This document shows positions 56,795 to 64,000 of a stretch of 64,000 bases of DNA, piece by piece. The DNA lies in NCBI GenBank assembly GCA_963693365.1, contig CAVNZM010000003.1:11088888-11152887 (forward strand), in the 5' to 3' direction. A program made the translations under genes and the position numbers. Source of the DNA: Amoebidium appalachense. Taxonomy: Eukaryota > Protista > Ichthyosporea. The notes beneath the pieces were generated by a model, which was not told the origin of the DNA, made no database searches, and saw nothing but the letters and a program-made list of their open reading frames with translations. Each line of letters starts with the position of its first letter. The stretch's first letter is position 1.

Positions 56795-57985
56795 AAAATA
56801 AACTTTACTAACGTGAGGACAGTGTTCAACTTCGAACTGAAACGAAAGGGGTCGCCAGCGGCGCCCTCCGTTACCATATTTGTTTAGCAATTTATCTAAA
56901 ACATTTGATTGGTCAATATTCATCGTGTACAGGGGTACGTCACCTTGCGTAGTGTGGGGCACGGCCTCCCAGTGGGACATTCGATTTTCCGCCTGTTTTT
57001 CTGGTTACTCTTCACAATAGCTAAAAAACACCTATTTTTATATCCCTATGTACCTACGGCTTACTTCTAGCAGCTGTCTCTGAGGCGTGGTAGAAATAAT
57101 AGGCGCAAAACTGCCTACAAAAATACCCGCGTCACGTCACTTTAGGTGATGCGCTCCTGGCCAATAGCAGAATTCTTTGGTTATTCAATCAAAGTGATAA
57201 AATATTAAACTTGTAAGGCTATAACGTTGTGCAAGAAACCAATGAAACGCGAACCCGTGTGAACCCATGACCCGGGCCGTGAGCGTATCCGTGCGTTCGC
57301 GACTGAGAAAACGAGACGCATCATGCACACAGTGTTTTGACCTTTAGTTGGGGTGAAGGTTACAATTCGTATAGCTTTATTTGTATAGAATGGTTTGTAT
57401 TCATACACTTTAGCAGGATTTAAAGAGAAGTTTTTGCCTTTTCTTGGTGTGCGTAGGTGATTTTCATATAGTTGGTACACCCACCGTACTGCTAAACGTA
57501 TCGTTTTATGCTTCAAACACTATCACACATCGTTCAAGTTGCTGTTGACATCAGTTATCAACAAAACAGCCCGGGAGTTTTATTCTCTGGCAACGTAGAA
57601 TTCACTAATAAATGATAACCACTACAACTACTTATTAGTATACAAAAAAGGGGCGGGAGAGCCTAGGACCGTGGTGGTGTTGATGCAAAAAAAATCTCGA
57701 TGCGAAACTTAACATTCCCTTTTCTTTCGTTCTCTGTTTAGTAATATAGAGCTTGTGCTCGTGTTTGCGTAAAAGAGAAGCAAAATTTCGATTAGACTCT
57801 GATTTACCAGGGAGCGCGCAAAATATTTGGGCACGAACTGAATAGACGTCTGGCCAACACAAAGCACCTTTTATGCAACATCTCAATGTTCTTGTTTCTT
57901 TCATGGACCCGTGCCAAACCAGCCTTCATTGATTAGCCTGCCACAGAGTGAACAAAAGAGTTCACTTCTCGTTTCGGGCGGCAAG

Positions 57986-58269
57986 ATGTCCCCAAAGGGA
58001 CCGATAGTCGTGCACAAAACCAGTGATTTGTACATATACGCAGTGCAGGTGAGTGTTTGACTATCTTCCCCATCCCCTCTGTGCTTGGTCACTTGGTGTT
58101 TTTTACTTGATAGGGGAGAGAATGTGGAGAAAGGAGAGAACAGGGGGAAAGTTTATTTGAGTGGTGTGTGCGTGTGCGTTTGTGTGCTGTGTGTGTGTGT
58201 GGGCAGACGTGAGCACTTGTGTGTGTGTGCGTGTTTGCATGTGCCAGGCTGGTTGTGTGTGTGTGTGTG

Positions 58270-58310
<41 letters not shown>

Positions 58311-59063
58311 GTGCGTGTGTGTGCGTGTGTGTGTGAGTGTGAGTGTGAGTTTCTGTGTGTGTGTGTGCCCTTATGTGTGCATCTGTGTCGGTGTCTGTGT
58401 GCCACATGTGCAGAGCAGTTTCTTCTTGTGTTGCTCTAGTGGTTTAAACTCATCTTTGCTTCAGCTTTCTCTTCCCTCTTTTATACTTTTATACCTTGTG
58501 AAAGGCATGTTTGTTGTTGACAAATTTGGCTTCTTGATTGTTTCTCAGTACAGGTTTTTATATTTTCGTTTGCCCCTTCTGCTGCTATGTTTTGTGTGCT
58601 GACAATTGCCGAAGCAGTTTTTACACATACCGTTGTCTTAGTAAAATGCGAGTGGTTTTTTTTATGTTATGCCTTATGGATTGGGTTATCCCATTTTTGT
58701 TTTGTCTCAAGTTTCCATGGTACAGAATCTGAAAGTAGCCAACTGCTATTTCCTGATTGTTTCTGTTACCACGTCATTCATCTTTCTCCTACGCACAGCA
58801 TCTCTCTCGGTGGGCCTCCCTTCCTCGCATGAACTGGACTAAAGCAATGTTCTGGATTGCTAGCGTAGTATCACGACCCTTTGTCTGCCTGTAGTTTTAC
58901 TCCCCTGTGACTTTTTCAAAGAGATTGGTTGTAACCTGTGAATCCCTTTTACTCCCTCTCAACATCATCATGACGATGAGTCCTACACTAACCCTGCTTG
59001 CCCGGAACTGTTTATTTTTTTCTTTTGTGTGTGCGTGAGCATGGGCATGGGCATGTGCGTGTG

Positions 59064-59146
<83 letters not shown>

Positions 59147-59354
59147 AAGAATGACACCAACACCCAACTCCCACCCTCTCTTTCCGATATTGTTAAAACA
59201 ACTTAAAAAAAGGGTAGGGACGGGGGAGCGGGAGGGGGTTGGGGGGAGGAGGAACGGAAACAATCCGGAGACGAGGGAGGGAGGAGGGGGGTGGGGGGGG
59301 GGGGGCAAGCAGGCAGGAGGGAACGTTGAAGCAGCAGATTGGGATGTGCCCCCT

Positions 59355-59389
<35 letters not shown>

Positions 59390-60499
59390 GGTGGGGGAGG
59401 GGCGCGGGGGGGGGGGGGGGGGGGGGCTTCGGTACGCAGTGAAGGAGAACGACAAAGAAATAGTGCAGGCACATCCAAACAAACACGCAGGGGAATTTCA
59501 TGCAAGCCGCTGTTTTCTCTCCTCTCTTTCTTTTCCGTGGTGGTGGTGTTGGGGGAATGGGGTGGGGGGGGGGGGGGGGGGGGGGGGGAGGGATGTGTAG
59601 CCTCGTTTTACGGCTAGGGCTCTAACCACACTACTAGACCCCCTTCCACCCCCCCCCCCCCCTCCGCCCCCTCTGCCTCCCCCCTCCCCACTTCCCCCCT
59701 CCGCCCCAACACACAAACATACCCCCCCCCCCCCCCCCCCCCCCCCCCCCACCCTCACCCCGCTCCCCCTACCCATCCACCCCCCTCTTGAGAAAGAAAA
59801 ATCAAGACGTGGTATGGGGAAGGCTCGTAGGAGGAAAGCATTATTCCGGTTTGTCAGTATCGGTTGAACGCAAATGGCTTACCTTTGCATTGTTAATCAG
59901 GCAACCGTGACGTCACCAAAGGTTGCCGTCAGCCGGAGGAACAGTCCGGACTCGTTGGCGGAGGAGATACACAATCCAGACTACTCAAAGTGGGTGCTGG
60001 CTGGCTCGTTGGGTGGCCTACATGTGTTTTTTATTTTCTTTTTCTTTTTTGTTTTTACGTTGTCTATTTCTTCCTTTCTTTCTTTTCTTTTTCTTCTTTT
60101 TATTTATCCTTTTTAATTTTTTTCCTTTTTATTTCGTTCTTTCTTTTTTTTGGGGGGGGGGGGGGGGGGGGGGGGGGGTATGTTGTTGTTGGGGAGGGGG
60201 AGGGGGGGGGGGGGAGCTCTGGATAGAGAGGGGTAATTAAGGATGTGGACCCTTGAAGTATGATTGAAAGGGGGGAAAACAAACAACAGTATTGTGACTT
60301 GGGCCTAGGGCGGGGAAGGGGGGGGGGGGCAGGGAGTTTCTTTGGGGGCCCAACAGGGGGATGGGGAGTGGAAGAGGAAGGGGGGGGGGGGGGGGGGGGG
60401 GGGAGGAGGGGGGGGGGACTTCTCAACGGAACAATATGGGGTACTATGTAGAAGCAAGGGTAAGGGGACTGTAGGTTGGGGAGATGGGTGCCTAAGTGT

Positions 60500-60536
<37 letters not shown>

Positions 60537-60718
60537 GGGGGGGGGAGGGGGGGGACTTGCGGCGTATATCGATATTAACCTCATGTTGACATACCCACAC
60601 ACATGCGCGACTGCGTGCGCGCACACACGCACTCACACATACATCCACATACGCTCAAAGAAACACACGCGCACACACTCACACACACACAAACACACAA
60701 ACACACACACAATCACTC

Positions 60719-60771
<53 letters not shown>

Positions 60772-61017
60772 ACACACACACACACACACACAGTGTGGTG
60801 GTTACCAAGAAGCATGCATCAAGGGGGCTTAAACGCAAGTCAACGGTAACCTTCCTGCAAAATCTCATGGTACGAAGAACAGTGTTTCAGTTTCCCTTCA
60901 TTAAATCGTCTTCTTCTTTTCTTCTTTTTTCTTTTTTCCCATTTTGCGTTTTCGTTTGTTCGTGTAGTTTTTTTTTTGTTTTTTTTTTTGTTTTGTTTTG
61001 TTTTTTTTTGTTTTTTT

Positions 61018-61051
<34 letters not shown>

Positions 61052-61496
61052 TATTCCTCTTCTTCCATAGTAAAATAGTCCCCCCCTTTATAGCTGCACA
61101 TTATAATGCATGTATAATAAAATATTCCCCTCTCTCTCTTTTTCTTTTCTTTCTTTTCTTCCTTTTTTTTTCTTCTTTTTTTTTCTTTTTTGTGAGGTGT
61201 TTGTTGTTGAGTAGTTCAGTCAGTGGAGCATCTTAAGCAATCTTTTGATCCACTAAAAGACAGCTTAAAGAACCAGATTAATGGTTGTCCAAAGAAAACG
61301 GATAATTCTTATACCACACAATTACGCAAACAACATACACACCATATACACACAAACACACACGGCCATGCATGGATAGCACATACACGCAGAGGCACAC
61401 ACACACACAGAGAGAGAAAGAGATGGATGAGAACACAGAAGGCATGCACACCTGCACACATAAGCACATACACACACACGTGTGCACGCACGCATG

Positions 61497-61530
<34 letters not shown>

Positions 61531-61604
61531 CACATACACATACACACAACACACACACACACTCTCTCTCTCTCTTACTCACTCCCTTGCTCACTAACAC
61601 ACAA

Positions 61605-61637
<33 letters not shown>

Positions 61638-61661
61638 CAAACTCACACACACACACACACG

Positions 61662-61728
<67 letters not shown>

Positions 61729-61805
61729 GAATGACTCAGACAGCCGGACTGCCAAAAGAGAGCACAGTGCTATCAGTCTCCCCCAAAGAGCATTTCTCCG
61801 TGAGG

Positions 61806-61846
<41 letters not shown>

Positions 61847-61936
61847 CCCCCCCCTCCCGGCCCCCGCCCCTCTACCCCTGCCCCTCTAGGCCCACTCCCT
61901 CACCCACAACTCGTGTACTGTGTGGATGACTTGAAA

Positions 61937-61969
<33 letters not shown>

Positions 61970-62952
61970 TTGAGTATGGGCTTTGCTCGTAGTGCATATA
62001 TTTACTTTGTATGTTCTGCAAAATCCGTGTTATGTTGCCCTTCGTCACTGTGTACCTCGTGCTCTGTAACACATTCTACTTCCCCTCGTGCTCTGTAACA
62101 CATTCTACCCCCCCCCCCCCCCCCCCCCCCACCACCACCACCACCACCACCACTACACCACCCACACCCCCCACACACACACACACTGCTGTTGTATAAA
62201 GATGGGCAGTCCACATAGTTAGATGAATGGGTGAGTGGATGTATATGTGTTTAAGAGGGGTGTGGGAGTGTGGGGGGCGGAGGGGGGGGGGGGGGGGGGG
62301 ATGGAGGAGGTGTGTGTGTGGGGGGGGGGGGGGGGGGGGGGGGGGGGCTCTGCTTGGAAAATGCCTCATAGATTCTGTTTTTCATACGGGTTGATGGGGT
62401 TGTCAGACTATGGTTACAGTAGAAGGTTTTTTTTGTTTTTGGGGAAAGTGGGTGGGAAGAAGAAGGGGGTGTTGGGGGGGGGGAGGGGGGAGGAGGGGTG
62501 GAGGCGGTGCAATGTATGTGTGGGTGTAGACGGCAGGAGGGGCACATATGTGGGGCAGAGGGAGAAATGGGTGTGGGACAGAGCGCGGGGGGGGGGGGGG
62601 GGGGGGGGGGGAGAGGATGGCGGTTGGGGGGTGGGGGGGGAGGGGGGGAGGGGGGAGGGGGAGGGGAGAGGAGGGAGGGAGGAAGGGAGGGGGGAATAGC
62701 AGTATGGTGTGCCGTGAGTCTGCTTTTTGCTAATCTAGCTTGTATCTGTGTGCGTCTGTAAGTGTTTGTGTCTGCCTAACATGACCTGTACGTACCTTTG
62801 TGTGTCTGTGTGTGTCTGTGTGTATGTGTGTGGGTGGGTGGGTGGGTGTGCTTTGCGTGTACGTATACGTTTTCTTGTGTGTGTGTGTGTGTGTGCGTGT
62901 ATGTGTGTGTCTACTATTGACTAATCTAGCATGTATGTGCGCGCGTGTGTGT

Positions 62953-63023
<71 letters not shown>

Positions 63024-63344
63024 GTGCTTGTGTGTGTGTGTGTGTGTGTGTGTGTGTCGACTAATTACTTATGTTTGTGTGTGCCACAGATGCGTGAGGG
63101 TCACGAAGATGCGCTGTCGACAAACTCACAGATCAAGATTGAGGAGGAGAGGCCGGGAAAGAGGAAGACGAGGTGGCCAAACTGGATGGTGCGTGTATTA
63201 GCCCCTTGTAGCGTTATAGTGTTTCATCTTAATTTTTGATTGGTAGTTTAATGTGTATTTATGGTCTTTCAATGTTTTGTTGCACTTAAATTTATGTACT
63301 TATTTATTTATTTCATTATCATCATCATTATTATTACTCTAATT

Positions 63345-63404
<60 letters not shown>

Positions 63405-63843
63405 CGGCCCCTCCCCCCTCCTCCCCCCCCCCCCCTCCCCGGGCAGGCCGTTAATCATTGCTATGCTCACTGTGTATTCGGGAGAGAGGGGGGGGGGGAG
63501 GGGGGGGGGGGAGAGAGAGGTGTGTCTGTGCGTGTGTGTGTTTGCGTGCTTGTGTGTGTTTGTGTGGTGTGGGGGGGGGGGGGGGGGGGGGGGCACGTGT
63601 GTGCACGTGTGTGCTCCGGGTGTGTGCGCGAACACATCTAGGATTCTGTATGTGTTCCCTTAAATCCTTAAATGTTGGGCATAGCTTATACACCTGCATT
63701 TATGTACGCCTGTGTACCCTTGTTCGGATTTATGCAAATAGATGACCCCCCCCCCCCCCCCCCCCCCCCGCCACTACCACCAGCAAGTCAACACTGACAC
63801 ACGCGCACACACATGCACGTACAGTACACGTACACACACAGAA

Positions 63844-63899
<56 letters not shown>

Positions 63900-64000
63900 G
63901 CCTGTTCAACTGGACCAGGTCCATGCTTGACACGCTTGTGCCCGTGACGTATCCGCTGGTTGCCGTCGTCTGTGCGGTGTTGAACGCACTCATACCAGGT
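57986..64000 (+). CDS. Stum/Spec3-like membrane protein with disordered N-terminus, 3'-partial; exons 57986-58048 (tentative), 59901-59989, 60794-60869, 61727-61804, 63090-63188, 63896-63998
   Basis: Phases are consistent. The last exon [35 protein letters not shown] resembles the Spec3/Stum A-x-x-C-x-x-LN-x-x-IPG motif. The gene continues past the window. Confidence 0.6.
61914..62078 (+). mobile_element. Structured-RNA retroposon family, old diverged copy
   Basis: GTACTGTGTGGATGACTTG...TGAGTATGGGCTTTGCT...TGTGTACCTCGTGCTCTGTAACACATTCTA. Confidence 0.55.

Noticed and set aside
56693-56980. 95-aa ORF as an upstream coding exon of the MPLKIP-like gene
   Set aside because: No recognisable motif and no in-frame join to the 56521 ATG exon found; may be 5' UTR or promoter sequence.

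Overview
Intron-rich eukaryotic genomic DNA, probably from a unicellular holozoan or similar protist (inference from gene content only). Short exons sit in introns full of poly-C/poly-G, (CA)n/(TG)n and (GA)n, so nearly all ORF-track entries are microsatellite artefacts. Manual splicing gives seven genes: a 5'-partial cytochrome b561, two head-to-head FAHD2-like paralogs, two tail-to-tail class C GPCR-like paralogs with an extra N-terminal TM helix, an MPLKIP/TTDN1-like gene and a 3'-partial Stum/Spec3-like gene. Mobile DNA includes an internally deleted Ty1/copia element inside a ~180-bp inverted-repeat pair, a decayed THAP-HTH-DDE_Tnp_4 transposase, and a tRNA-like Pol III head followed by a 110-bp satellite. 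The most striking signal is a ~450-bp non-coding retroposon-like family at 13 loci. All copies are intronic and sense to the host gene, are variably 5'-truncated, end at a shared CATTCAAA-like terminus usually followed by poly-C, and carry a covarying, pseudoknotted ~165-nt RNA core I cannot assign to a known ribozyme. Introns also contain decayed tandem copies of neighbouring splice junctions, and many 3' splice sites are (CA)n-CAG with no polypyrimidine tract.
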